Part shown: positions 1-8,941 of the stretch, in pieces
Layout: every line of letters begins with the position of its first letter
Position numbering within the stretch: position 1 is the first letter of the stretch
DNA from: an uncultured delta proteobacterium
GTDB lineage: Bacteria; Desulfobacterota; Binatia; UBA9968
Assembly (NCBI GenBank): GCA_963840855.1
Contig: CAWJBB010000028.1
Coordinates: forward strand, 1-23,256
DNA: 23,256 bases
Direction: 5' to 3'
Position numbers and translations under genes: made by a program
Notes under the pieces: model-generated
The model's input: only the letters and a program-made list of their open reading frames with translations
Databases searched by the model: none
Told to the model about the DNA's origin: nothing

Positions 1-1095
1 TTTCAAGAAAATTTCGCGGAATATCCGGTCGGCTTCATTGCCTTGCCCTGCCAATTCGATCGGGAACAGTATTACCCTATGCCCTTTCAGGGCTTCAGCT
101 AATTTGCTCTTGACTCTGGGATCCGGCATGAGTCTTCCCGAAGCATCGTTGTACGCCTGTTGTCCCTCGAACGAGGTAAAGAAATCAGCAAAAAGTATGG
201 CGGCATTGGGATGCGGCGCGCGTTCTGCAATGAATCTTGGCGTGGCCCTTGCTAAAATAGGATCGGTTCTTACCCATTCTATCGGCGCGCCTTTCTTTTG
301 GAACTCCGGGATGCGATGGAGGTTGAGGCGCAAGTCAATCTTGAATGCACCGGCCGCGAGCATTTCGGTGCGCGCCGTCGATCCTGCGCCAAAAACGATA
401 TTGTTTTTTGAAAGGGCCTTCAGATAGTTCACAGTCTTGTCCTTACCCCACGCGGCCCACAGCATGAGCACCCACTCGCCCCCATCCGGCTCCATCGATA
501 TCGAGCCTTTCCATTTCGGATTCAAAAGATCATCCCAATTTTTCGGAGCTTCCGCAGGCGAAACCAAATTGGTATTGTAGGCAACCACCGCGCAGTTGAT
601 ATTGCTAGCAATCCAATATCCGTCTCGGTCCTTATATTGGGGAGGCCATTCCGCGGTGTTTGGCCAATGGTATTTCTTCATCAGTCCAATCTTCTTTAGG
701 TCTGCTATGAGATTGATCTCGGTGCTCGCAAAATCAACATTATGGAGTCCTGCTCTGGCCTCTGCAGTCATTTTTTGATGGATTTGCTCGTCGCCCCCTC
801 TCCAATGTTCGACAACAAGGAACGGGTATTTCTGGCGGAACTTGTTAAAAACAGGCTCCCACTCCTTGGCCGTACTGGCATCCCAATAAACTACCTTGCC
901 CTCCTTCTTGGCCCCTTCAATCAATCGCGCCTCTCGCTGTTTTTCTGTTTCCTGTGGCGCCGCGACGACCGCAGCCCGCGAGCGCGAATCTGGCCCCGCA
1001 GCAAAGGCGGGTGTTGCCTGAAGCAGCAGCGAGACAACGAACATGAGGGCAATCAGGGCAAAGCGTCCCGATAGTTGAGTTTCTGTCTTTTGCAT
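1..1095 (-). CDS. ABC transporter substrate-binding protein (Fe3+/polyamine-type); stop codon lies beyond the window edge
   Basis: Absent from the ORF track because it runs off the edge. Hand translation from ATG 1095 is open to position 1: MQKTETQLSGRFALIALMFVVSLLLQATPAFA (signal peptide)...GAKKEGKVVYW...AYNTNLVSPAEAPKNWDDLLNPKWKG...APHPNAAILFADFFTSFEGQ. These motifs match the other SBPs in the window. AAGGGG lies upstream of the ATG. Confidence 0.92.
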   Translation of the reverse strand, partial: MQKTETQLSGRFALIALMFVVSLLLQATPAFAAGPDSRSRAAVVAAPQETEKQREARLIEGAKKEGKVVYWDASTAKEWEPVFNKFRQKYPFLVVEHWRGGDEQIHQKMTAEARAGLHNVDFASTEINLIADLKKIGLMKKYHWPNTAEWPPQYKDRDGYWIASNINCAVVAYNTNLVSPAEAPKNWDDLLNPKWKGSISMEPDGGEWVLMLWAAWGKDKTVNYLKALSKNNIVFGAGSTARTEMLAAGAFKIDLRLNLHRIPEFQKKGAPIEWVRTDPILARATPRFIAERAPHPNAAILFADFFTSFEGQQAYNDASGRLMPDPRVKSKLAEALKGHRVILFPIELAGQGNEADRIFREIFLK

Positions 1096-1331
1096 CGCAA
1101 ACCCCTTTTTCGATCCCTCTGAGTTTGCAAGGGATCGTTTCGTTCGGTCCGACATCAGGCGATCTTCTTAAGACTAAACGAAGAGAGTAAATTTGCATCA
1201 ATCTCAGCGAAACAGGTCGCGCAAAGCGCGGTCACTGTCGTGCCAACAGGTTCGTGAATCACGACAGGGCGGAATACCGGGTGCTTTCATTCCGCTAGCA
1301 CGGGCAATCATGTCGAAGCAAGGGGGTGATT

Positions 1332-3002
1332 CTAGTCGACGGACCCGATGCGCGCGCCGACCTTTCGCGCCGCCCAGGTCACGAGCATCAGAAAGACTAC
1401 CATGAGCACGCCCAGGGCCGAGACGGTGTTGTAGAGTCCCGATTCCCACATGTCAAATATCAAAATCGAGAGCACGATACTGTCCTGTGTATAGAGCAGA
1501 ATCGAAGTCGAAAGCTCCCGCAAGGATACAATCGCAATATAGACCCAACCGGCAATAAAACCCGGCATGAGCAGGGGGAGCAAGACCTTGTAAAAAGTCT
1601 GCAACCAGCTCGCGCCGCTGGTCACGGACGCCTCTTCGAGCTCTTTGCTGATCTGGATCATCGACGCCGACGCCGCGCGGATTCCGTAGGGCAAGTATCG
1701 GGTCATGTAAGCGATGAACAGGATCCACAGCGTGCCGTAGATAGGAATTGGAAGCGTGAGATATAGCACAAGTAGGCTCACTCCCAACACAAGCCCTGGG
1801 ACAGCGATTGGTAGAAAAGCAAGATTGTCGAGGAGGACGCGCCCGCGCAGCCTCGATTTAACGGTGACCCAAGCGATCAGTGAAGTCAGCAGCATGACGC
1901 CGGTCGCGCTGGCAAAGGAGAGCATCAGGCTGTTCGTGAGCGCTTTGCGCCCGAACGGATAGGCAAAAAGGTCGCCGTAGCTTTTCCAGGAAAGACGCGG
2001 CAACATTTCCCACGAAGGCACGGCCATATACGGGGTAAGAGACGACCAGAGCAGGTTGGCGATTGGAAGCACAGCGGTCGCGGCCACGATGAGAAGAGCA
2101 AAGACGCATACCAGACATCGCCACGGCCCCAGGTCGATGCGCCGGGGGCGATATCCCTTGCCGGTGATGATGGCAAAGCTTTCTCCTGCCTTGGTCATGC
2201 GAGTGTAGAGCCAGACTCCCGCTATGCTAATGACAAGAAGAGTTAACGAATAGGCGCCGGCGATACCGTACTGCGGCCGCAACCTCTGAAGCGCGCTGTA
2301 GATCTTGCTCGTAAAAACGAAAACCCCGGCGCGGGCGCCAATCAGGGCGGGCACCTCAAAGGATTCGACAGCGCGGATAAACGTGATCAGCAAAACCGAC
2401 AGCATCGCGGGCATGACCAGCCTCAGGGTTATGCGAATAAACGTCGTAAAATTCCCGGCGCCGCACGCCAGCGAGGCTTCCTCCATGGCAATATCTTGGG
2501 ATCTGAACGCGGCGGACAGCAAAAGAAAGACAAGGGGATAAAGGTTCATCGATTCCGCCCAGATCATGCCGCCGAGAGAAAAGACATTGAGGGAGAAATC
2601 CGGCAGCGCCAACACGTTCCTGATGAATAGATTGATGAGGCCGATCTGGGGTGAGAGCAATAGAATCCAGGCGACGGTTTCCAAAATGCCGGGAACGATA
2701 AAGAGCACGAGCACGAGGCCCGAAATCACGCCGCGCAGTGGCGTGTTCGTGCGCTCGCAGATCCACGCGAGCACACCGCCAAAAGTAAAAGACAGCGCGG
2801 CGGCGCCGAGAGCGAACTTGAGCGTGTTCCAAAACAGCACATAAAACTCGGGATCTAGGTAAGCGCGGGAATAATGCGCGAGCGTGAGATTGCCGAGACT
2901 TCCGGGCGGGGCATCGCTCAAGCTGCTGTAGAGAAGCATGAGCAAGGGTGTAAGGGCAAAATAGGCGACGAGAACAATGGCGCCCGCTAAAACGATAACC
3001 AC
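1332..3002 (-). CDS. ABC transporter permease, FbpB/ThiP-like with two fused transmembrane domains
   Basis: 556 aa, highly hydrophobic, with two EAA loops (MEEASLACGAG and LEEASVTSGAS). The true start may be GTG 3064 (GGAGG upstream), separated from the main frame by a 1-nt indel near 3034-3036. Confidence 0.93.
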   Translation of the reverse strand: MVIVLAGAIVLVAYFALTPLLMLLYSSLSDAPPGSLGNLTLAHYSRAYLDPEFYVLFWNTLKFALGAAALSFTFGGVLAWICERTNTPLRGVISGLVLVLFIVPGILETVAWILLLSPQIGLINLFIRNVLALPDFSLNVFSLGGMIWAESMNLYPLVFLLLSAAFRSQDIAMEEASLACGAGNFTTFIRITLRLVMPAMLSVLLITFIRAVESFEVPALIGARAGVFVFTSKIYSALQRLRPQYGIAGAYSLTLLVISIAGVWLYTRMTKAGESFAIITGKGYRPRRIDLGPWRCLVCVFALLIVAATAVLPIANLLWSSLTPYMAVPSWEMLPRLSWKSYGDLFAYPFGRKALTNSLMLSFASATGVMLLTSLIAWVTVKSRLRGRVLLDNLAFLPIAVPGLVLGVSLLVLYLTLPIPIYGTLWILFIAYMTRYLPYGIRAASASMIQISKELEEASVTSGASWLQTFYKVLLPLLMPGFIAGWVYIAIVSLRELSTSILLYTQDSIVLSILIFDMWESGLYNTVSALGVLMVVFLMLVTWAARKVGARIGSVD

Positions 3003-3084
3003 GCTAGCATCCCTTGTTATGCCTGGTGCGCCTAAAGGCTGCTTGTCGCAGGGTTGGAAGTCACAGGTTCCGGAACCTCCGGCG

Positions 3085-3789
3085 TTAACCGGCCAGATGT
3101 TTCGTGAAAAATCCTATGGTCCGGGGCCAGGAAAGGTCCGCGGCGTGTTGGCGATAGGTGTCGCGCGACTTGTTCATAAAGGCGTGGCCGGCCCCGGTGT
3201 AGGAATGGAATTCATGGACCTTCCCGTGCGCGGTCAGTTCGGCGGCGAACTTTTGAACATCTTCCGGAGATGGGTTCTCGTCTTCCTCGCCAAAATGTCC
3301 CATGATCGGGCAATGAATTTCGGCAGTGCGCTCAAACGGCGAGGGGCCATCGCCCCAGGAGCGAAAAATTCCGCCTCCATAATACATCACCGCAACCTTG
3401 AAGCTTGGGTTTGCCGCCGCCATGAGATAAGTCACCCGCCCGCCCATGCAGAAGCCGAGGATACCGAGCCGCGCGCCATCGACCTCCTGCTGCCCCTTGA
3501 AGAAATCGACCGTAGCGTTCACGTCCGTGATAACGCTTGCATCCCGCAGGCGGGCTCTTCGGGTCGGCGCCGGATCCCGGCAGTCGATGCCATCCCGGTA
3601 GTACATATCGGGAGCCGCGGCGGCATAACCGGCACTCGCAAGTTCAGCCGGAAGATGCAGAATGTCGTTAATGCCTCCTTGGTTATGGATGATGACGATC
3701 CCCGGAAACGGTCCCGCGCCATCGGGCAGACTAAGGTGAACGCGCATGACTCCGCTCTCGGTCTTCAGTTCTTTCCAGGAAGCTTTCAT
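3085..3789 (-). CDS. Dienelactone hydrolase family protein (alpha/beta hydrolase)
   Basis: Nucleophile elbow GFCMGG, acid in FGEEDENP and catalytic His in GAGHAF; C-terminal AADLSWPRTIGFF is typical of the family. Confidence 0.92.
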   Translation of the reverse strand: MKASWKELKTESGVMRVHLSLPDGAGPFPGIVIIHNQGGINDILHLPAELASAGYAAAAPDMYYRDGIDCRDPAPTRRARLRDASVITDVNATVDFFKGQQEVDGARLGILGFCMGGRVTYLMAAANPSFKVAVMYYGGGIFRSWGDGPSPFERTAEIHCPIMGHFGEEDENPSPEDVQKFAAELTAHGKVHEFHSYTGAGHAFMNKSRDTYRQHAADLSWPRTIGFFTKHLAG

Positions 3790-3855
3790 AGTTAGAAAAG
3801 TGTCCCTTCTGGTCTCCTGTGGAGTCGCGTCTGCTTTGCCCTTTTACCTTTTAGC

Positions 3856-4872
3856 CTAACGCAAGCCAAAAGTCTTTCGGAACTCCTCTTCGAGATCATC
3901 GGACTTCCCCGCCATCTTGTTCACGTCAATGTAAAACAGTTTGACTCCCTTCGTGAGGCTCGCCGGTTTGGTCTCAATGCCGGCCTTCGCCGGGATGCGC
4001 GGAATGCCGGCGAAGACTTGCTGCCCCTCTTGAGACAGAAGAAAATCAGCCATCAATCTGGCCGCATGCGGGTAGTTTGCATGCGAAGACACGGAGACCA
4101 GGATCGGATAAGTGGGCAAGGGAGTGATATTGACCCAGTCCACGGGCGCGCCTTTTTTCTTTTCGCGCTCGGTGGTGGCGGGCGAAGAGTTGACGTAGGC
4201 AGGGTATTCGCCCGCGGACAGGAGTGAGTCCGCCAGGCTCGCGCTTTCGATCGGAATCGTCTTTAGCTCGGCCAGCGACTTCATGTACTTGCGCCCTTGC
4301 TCGTCGCCCATCAACTGCAAAAGCCCGATGTACCATTCCGGCCGATTGGCGTTGACGGCGATCTTACCTCGCCACTTGGGATTCAGAAGATCGGGCCACT
4401 GTTGCGGCAGATCTTGTTTATTGATCAGCTTGGTGTTGTAGGACAACGACATCGTGTTGATTTGCCCGGCGGCCCAGTACCCTTGCGGGTCGCGCAGTTC
4501 GGCCGGGAGGCCGGCGCTTTCCGGCGACCGGTACTGAACGAGCAGATTCTGCGCTTTCATTTCCAGGGTTGTGAAGGCGCTGGAAAGCAGAACATCGAAA
4601 GTATGCCGGCGCGCGCGCGCCTCGGTGACCATGCGTTGGCCCAGGTTGATCTTTCCTGCGCGATAGGTCGTGACCTGGATCCAAGGGTATTTTTTCTCGA
4701 ATGCCCGAGCCAGGATGTTGATATCGTCAAGCGAGATCGACGCGTAGATCGTTAGTTTTCCTTCCTTGCGCGCGGCGTTCAAATCGACCGCCTGCGCTGG
4801 CCAAAGATTTTGCGGCAGCAGCAAAGCGGCCAGCAGCAGCCAATATCTGACTTGAATAATCGGTTTGTTCAT
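3856..4872 (-). CDS. ABC transporter substrate-binding protein (Fe3+/polyamine-type)
   Basis: Start moved to ATG 4872 (GAGGGGAG RBS; signal peptide MNKPIIQVRYWLLLAALLLPQNLWPA). Motifs ARKEGKL, YNTKLI, WPDLLNPKWRG, PHAARLMADFLLSQEGQ. Confidence 0.92.
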   Translation of the reverse strand: MNKPIIQVRYWLLLAALLLPQNLWPAQAVDLNAARKEGKLTIYASISLDDINILARAFEKKYPWIQVTTYRAGKINLGQRMVTEARARRHTFDVLLSSAFTTLEMKAQNLLVQYRSPESAGLPAELRDPQGYWAAGQINTMSLSYNTKLINKQDLPQQWPDLLNPKWRGKIAVNANRPEWYIGLLQLMGDEQGRKYMKSLAELKTIPIESASLADSLLSAGEYPAYVNSSPATTEREKKKGAPVDWVNITPLPTYPILVSVSSHANYPHAARLMADFLLSQEGQQVFAGIPRIPAKAGIETKPASLTKGVKLFYIDVNKMAGKSDDLEEEFRKTFGLR

Positions 4873-4979
4873 CGACGTTCTCCCCTCGGTCCTGAGGCCA
4901 ATCAAACAAAAGATCCTTAGGTTTTCGCGCGGCCAACATGTATTTTTCACCTTGATATCGTTCACCACGAAGCCTTGGA

Positions 4980-6299
4980 TTAGCTGCTGCTTATCTCCGC
5001 AACGCAGTCTCTGATTTCCTCTTCAGTAAGGAGCCTGCGTCTCGTCGCAAGCTTGGACTTGATTTGGGCCAACAAGACGGGCAACCGTTCTTCCGGCAAG
5101 TCGACCCCAATCTCGTGTAACCGCATCTTGAGCGTGTGAATTCCCGACTTCAGGTCCAAGTGACTGCGCCGTTTGTTGCCCACAAGTTCGGGCCTTACCG
5201 GAGCGAATAACAATGGATCAGCCTGAAGAAGAAAGCTGTGGGTTTCGCTGGCATCGGTGAAGGCATACTCGCCGACGAGCGGTTTGTCCTTAGGAGTCGG
5301 CCACCGTGACAGGTCTTCAAACATCTTCGACAGGCCTGTCAAGCGCTCTAATTTCATACCCGTCTTAATTCCATACAGAGCCTCCAAGGCTACGACCACC
5401 TCGGCCATGGTAGCGTTGCCTGCTCTAGCGCCCGTGCCATTGATGGTCACGTCTACTTGAGTGGCGCCGCCCTCGACTGCAGCCAAAGCATTGGCAGTAG
5501 CCAAACCCAGGTCATTGTGGGCGTGAACCCCGACGGTTAAACGCGGGGCCGCCTTCTTCACTTCCGAAATGACATAGCGATAGCCCGCCGGACCCATGTT
5601 GCCGGCTGGATCGGTGAGATTGAGCGCGTACACTTGGGCGCGTTCACAAGCTTTCGCGTATCTAATGATAAAGTCGATGGGCGCCATAGAGAAAAAGTTG
5701 GTGATAGGGCGTGACTTCAAGCCGCGAGTCTTTGCCGCTTCCGCCATCTTTTCCATGTATTCGATCAAGTCGTCTTCGGTGCGCACCGCTTTGGACCTTT
5801 CAAGGACTTCTGACCGTTCCGCGACGCGCTTGCGCGCGGCGAATACGGGCTGCCATTGCGGAATAGGGAAAACGGTGTAGCAGATGCTGTCCGCGCCATA
5901 CTCGGCAGCCATGTCCATTTCGGGTTCCGAGCTTAAACCGTAAACTTGCAGTTTCGCTGAAAGCTTCTGCTTGCCGAGTTCCTTGAATGTCTGCATCTCC
6001 TCCGATTTCACGCCTTCGTTTTTGGGTAAAAGGAATTGGATAACGGCGACCCCGGCATCGTCCAACTCATGGGCCAGGGCAATAAATTCCTTTTTGCCGA
6101 AATAGGCTTGCGAAGCTTCCCGCAGGGTCACGTCACAGATCTCCACTCGCTCGGGCAGATTCATGCCTGCGCGCACCGCCGGGGCAAAATTAACCGGGCC
6201 GGCAAACCACTTTCCCGGATTATAGGCCGGGGGAACTCTCACTCTCGTCAGCACTTCGTGGAGCGCTTCGAGCTTTGATGTTAGATCTTCGTTTTTCAT
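4980..6299 (-). CDS. DRE-TIM metallolyase, homocitrate/2-isopropylmalate/citramalate synthase-like, without a LeuA regulatory domain
   Basis: DVTLREASQ (DRE helix), HAHNDLG metal-binding HxH, GTGARAGNA, KPLVGEYAF and LKSG motifs. AAGGAG RBS upstream of ATG 6299. Substrate specificity cannot be determined from sequence alone. Confidence 0.85.
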   Translation of the reverse strand: MKNEDLTSKLEALHEVLTRVRVPPAYNPGKWFAGPVNFAPAVRAGMNLPERVEICDVTLREASQAYFGKKEFIALAHELDDAGVAVIQFLLPKNEGVKSEEMQTFKELGKQKLSAKLQVYGLSSEPEMDMAAEYGADSICYTVFPIPQWQPVFAARKRVAERSEVLERSKAVRTEDDLIEYMEKMAEAAKTRGLKSRPITNFFSMAPIDFIIRYAKACERAQVYALNLTDPAGNMGPAGYRYVISEVKKAAPRLTVGVHAHNDLGLATANALAAVEGGATQVDVTINGTGARAGNATMAEVVVALEALYGIKTGMKLERLTGLSKMFEDLSRWPTPKDKPLVGEYAFTDASETHSFLLQADPLLFAPVRPELVGNKRRSHLDLKSGIHTLKMRLHEIGVDLPEERLPVLLAQIKSKLATRRRLLTEEEIRDCVAEISSS

Positions 6300-6343
6300 C
6301 ACCCTTCTCCTTTGCGTTTCTGTGCGAAAGGGCCTCGCTTCAT
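6299..6343 (-). CDS. Possible 14-aa mini-ORF MKRGPFAQKRKGEG coupled to the synthase gene
   Basis: AGGAG lies 5 nt upstream of ATG 6343, and the TGA overlaps the synthase ATG (TGATG). It could instead be an N-terminal extension cut off by a 1-nt deletion. Confidence 0.25.
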   Translation of the reverse strand: MKRGPFAQKRKGEG

Positions 6344-6375
6344 TTGCTCTCCTGGACTGTTGTTAGATCCGGGTG

Positions 6376-7500
6376 TCAGTCGGCTCTGGGTAATCCGAAG
6401 GCCTTAAATACTTGCTGGAGAAATTTGTCGGTGTTGTGCAGCGTATTCCAGTCGTTCATCGACAGCTTCTTTCCTTGGATCACCTTTGCCAGCGCCGATT
6501 CCGGGGAATAGATCGATGTATTGAACGGCTCATAGTTGCTAATTACCTTTTGGCCTTCAGGGGTGGCCTGAAATTCCATCCACAGCAGGCTTGCATTGGG
6601 ATGAGGGGCTGTATGGCTTATTGCGCCAAATTCTTGAAGTCTGCCCGGCACCGGCTCAATAACCTTGCACTGCATAGAACCGCTGGCGTCTTTCTTCGCA
6701 GCTCTCATGCAGGAGTGATAGTACACCAGGTGAAACATGGTGTGCTCCCCACCCACAATCGTCGTAAGGGGGCCGGTCTGGCCACGAACCCAGACGGGTT
6801 CCTGCGCGGCGATTTTCTCGGCATAGTTCAGCGCCCACTTCTCACCCAGGCCCGCAGCTAGGGCGGCAAACCCCTGGGGACGGATGTCGACGAGAAATTT
6901 CTTTCCTTTAAGATCCGGCCTGAGAAATTCCTCCCATCCGTTCGGAACTTTGTCGTCCGAGACCAGCTTTGCGTTGTATCCGATTGCGTGAATGGAGCTG
7001 CCCATACTCACGATGGTGCGGTGCTTAGGGTCGATCATTGCCGGTGGAATCGCCAGCACTTTGTGCGTCGCCATGCCCAGGAAGTCGAATTTCTTGATGT
7101 AGGGAATGCCTGCAGTCCAGAAATCCGGCGATATGTTGAAGACATCCCAGTCCTTTGCTCCTCCCGCCTTTAGCTCCAGGAAAAATCTTTGTGGGTCGGC
7201 GGTGCCCGTCATCTCTGCTACCTGAACGTCGATGAAAGGATAGTGCTTCCTGAAAGCGTTGATCACCGCTTTATAAGTGTCCGGTTCGAAGGAGCCCAGG
7301 ACACGCAGTTTTCCCTCCTTCTTGGCCGCAGCCACGATCTCGTCGTGACTGGTCAGAAAAGTATAACCGGCAGCCTCAGCTTCCTGCCTGGCCTTGGGCA
7401 GTGCGGGGTCAAGCGATGCGGCAAAGATATCCGCGCCGATCAGGCAACTGAACACCACAAGAAAGAACAAGGGGGCCGTCCGTAAAAACCGTGCTTTCAT
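6376..7500 (-). CDS. ABC transporter substrate-binding protein (Fe3+/polyamine-type)
   Basis: Signal peptide MKARFLRTAPLFFLVVFSCLIGADIFA; motifs AAKKEGKL, GYNAKLV, PHPNASLLWMEFQATPEGQ; GGAG RBS. Confidence 0.92.
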   Translation of the reverse strand: MKARFLRTAPLFFLVVFSCLIGADIFAASLDPALPKARQEAEAAGYTFLTSHDEIVAAAKKEGKLRVLGSFEPDTYKAVINAFRKHYPFIDVQVAEMTGTADPQRFFLELKAGGAKDWDVFNISPDFWTAGIPYIKKFDFLGMATHKVLAIPPAMIDPKHRTIVSMGSSIHAIGYNAKLVSDDKVPNGWEEFLRPDLKGKKFLVDIRPQGFAALAAGLGEKWALNYAEKIAAQEPVWVRGQTGPLTTIVGGEHTMFHLVYYHSCMRAAKKDASGSMQCKVIEPVPGRLQEFGAISHTAPHPNASLLWMEFQATPEGQKVISNYEPFNTSIYSPESALAKVIQGKKLSMNDWNTLHNTDKFLQQVFKAFGLPRAD

Positions 7501-7568
7501 TGGATATCTCCATTCCTACATGCTTGAGCTTGGCGAGAATCAATTTGCGCGGCGGCGCGCTGCGGTCA

Positions 7569-8303
7569 TCAAAGACTCTCCAGCAGCGCGCCGTAGCCGG
7601 AACCGACCTTGATGTTCAGCGGCTTGAAAGACCCCCATATATTCGCGATGTGGGCGCTCAGAACCGGTTTTCCGAGTTCGTTTTCCAAAGGCTCGATGAT
7701 GTCCGCGGTTGCCATGGTTCCTGATTGAATATAGACCGCGTCTACTTCGGGGTGTTTTTTGCCCACTTGGACCGCATTGTCATAGATCTGCGCGGGCGTC
7801 AGCTTGGTCTTCTCGATAGATGACAATTGTTTGCCGATCCCCTCAACGGCTGCTATTTCAATCCCGGTAACGCGCAAAAAGTTTCTCAGGTTATCGAGTT
7901 GCAGAGAGTCCGGCCGCCAAGAGCAGATCGCCAAAATGCGTTGCAAGGAGAGATGGTGGAAAGCATCGGCGAGAACTAGCGAGCTGGTCGTGACCGGAAT
8001 TTTGGTGGCCGCCCGCATGCGCTCCAGGATTTGCCGATGACCTTCGTTGCCGTAACGGAGATGAACTGGAGAACCACCCGCCACGATAATATCCACGCCA
8101 GCCTGCGTTAAACGCTCAACCGCCCGTTCCAAAAGGGCCAACGACGCATCGACATCTTCCTTCCTCGACGACTCGACGACCTCGAGATTCGTGACAACTA
8201 AGACCACGTTCTTCGGGGCCACTCGGTAAAAGTCGTAGACTTCTATATCGCTTGTGACGCGTGGGTGGATCCAGCCTATTCGAGCTTTCCAGCGATTAAC
8301 CAT
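7569..8303 (-). CDS. Maleate isomerase / arylmalonate decarboxylase (Asp/Glu racemase superfamily) homolog lacking the canonical catalytic cysteines
   Basis: N-terminal WKARIGWIHP, IPVTTSS, PEVDAVYIQ, LENELGKPVLSA and GYGALL match the family layout. Catalytic positions read AGGSP and QSGTM. AAAGGAG RBS. Confidence 0.8.
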   Translation of the reverse strand: MVNRWKARIGWIHPRVTSDIEVYDFYRVAPKNVVLVVTNLEVVESSRKEDVDASLALLERAVERLTQAGVDIIVAGGSPVHLRYGNEGHRQILERMRAATKIPVTTSSLVLADAFHHLSLQRILAICSWRPDSLQLDNLRNFLRVTGIEIAAVEGIGKQLSSIEKTKLTPAQIYDNAVQVGKKHPEVDAVYIQSGTMATADIIEPLENELGKPVLSAHIANIWGSFKPLNIKVGSGYGALLESL

Positions 8304-8392
8304 CTTGGTCTCCTTTACAATCCAGCGTTTCCGAAGCCCAGTATTGCTAGTGACTTTCGACGCTTCTCACTCCCGTTTGGACGCCGTTTAAC

Positions 8393-8926
8393 TCATTCAT
8401 GCCCAATACCCTCAAAGTCTTTCTTTCCGGCTCCCCAATCCTGTGGATATGACCCTTCACTTACATACCGGTGAAAACTGCTGTGCTCCCATTCCTTGGC
8501 AGACTTTACGTACTCATGCTTGACGGGGTTGTAATGGATGTACTCACATGCCTTCGATAATCCATGTCGTCGCGAATGGCGTGTTCCCAATACCGGCGCT
8601 GCCAAAGCGATTGCTTCCCCTTTAGAATTCTGGATCGATTTCGTTTCATCCGAAATGCAGGTTGCAATGTTTGGTAAACCAGGTTTTGATCAATCGCCAG
8701 CGCGTGGGAAAGTCGGCTTCCCCTGGCGGCAACGTCCAAATACAATGCAAGTGGTCTGGCAAAACCACCCCGGCGGCGAGGGTGAATGGATAATTAATCC
8801 GCACGACCTAAACGCCGCCCGTAATGTGACTACGTTTCGTGTGTCTGCAAATAACAGACGGCGCGATTCCGTTACAACTGTGAAGAAGCAAGACCCGCCG
8901 GGAATGAAAGCTCGTCGATAATTCAT
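8393..8926 (-). pseudogene. rayT: REP-associated tyrosine transposase (RAYT, Y1 HUH), broken by three single-base deletions
   Basis: Stitched frames read MNYRRAFIPGGSCFFTVVT...LRAAFR / VRINYPFTLAAGVVLPDHLHCIWTLPPGEADFPTRWRLIKTWFTKHC / PAFRMKRNRSR...SLWQRRYWEHAIRDDMDYRRH / EYIHYNPVKH...WEHSSFHRYV...YPQDWG. HUH at 8745-8753, catalytic Tyr in YIHYNP. Shifts near 8807, 8662 and 8546. Confidence 0.93.
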
Positions 8927-8941
8927 CGGATTGTTCGAATC

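Noticed and set aside
1106-1158. Hammerhead-ribozyme-like words on the minus strand (CTGATG...CGAAAC followed by a stem)
   Set aside because: The core reads CUGAUGU rather than CUGANGA, stem II cannot form, and the stem is followed by GAA instead of the required GUH cleavage triplet.
1230-1246. Possible sigma54 promoter (TGGCACG on the minus strand)
   Set aside because: There is no TTGC -12 element at the required spacing (it reads TGAC).
2977-3795. 272-aa plus-strand ORF, and similar long antisense ORFs such as 10012-10854, 14260-14835 and 17642-18280
   Set aside because: They are shadow frames opposite well-supported genes in GC-rich DNA and have no recognisable motifs.
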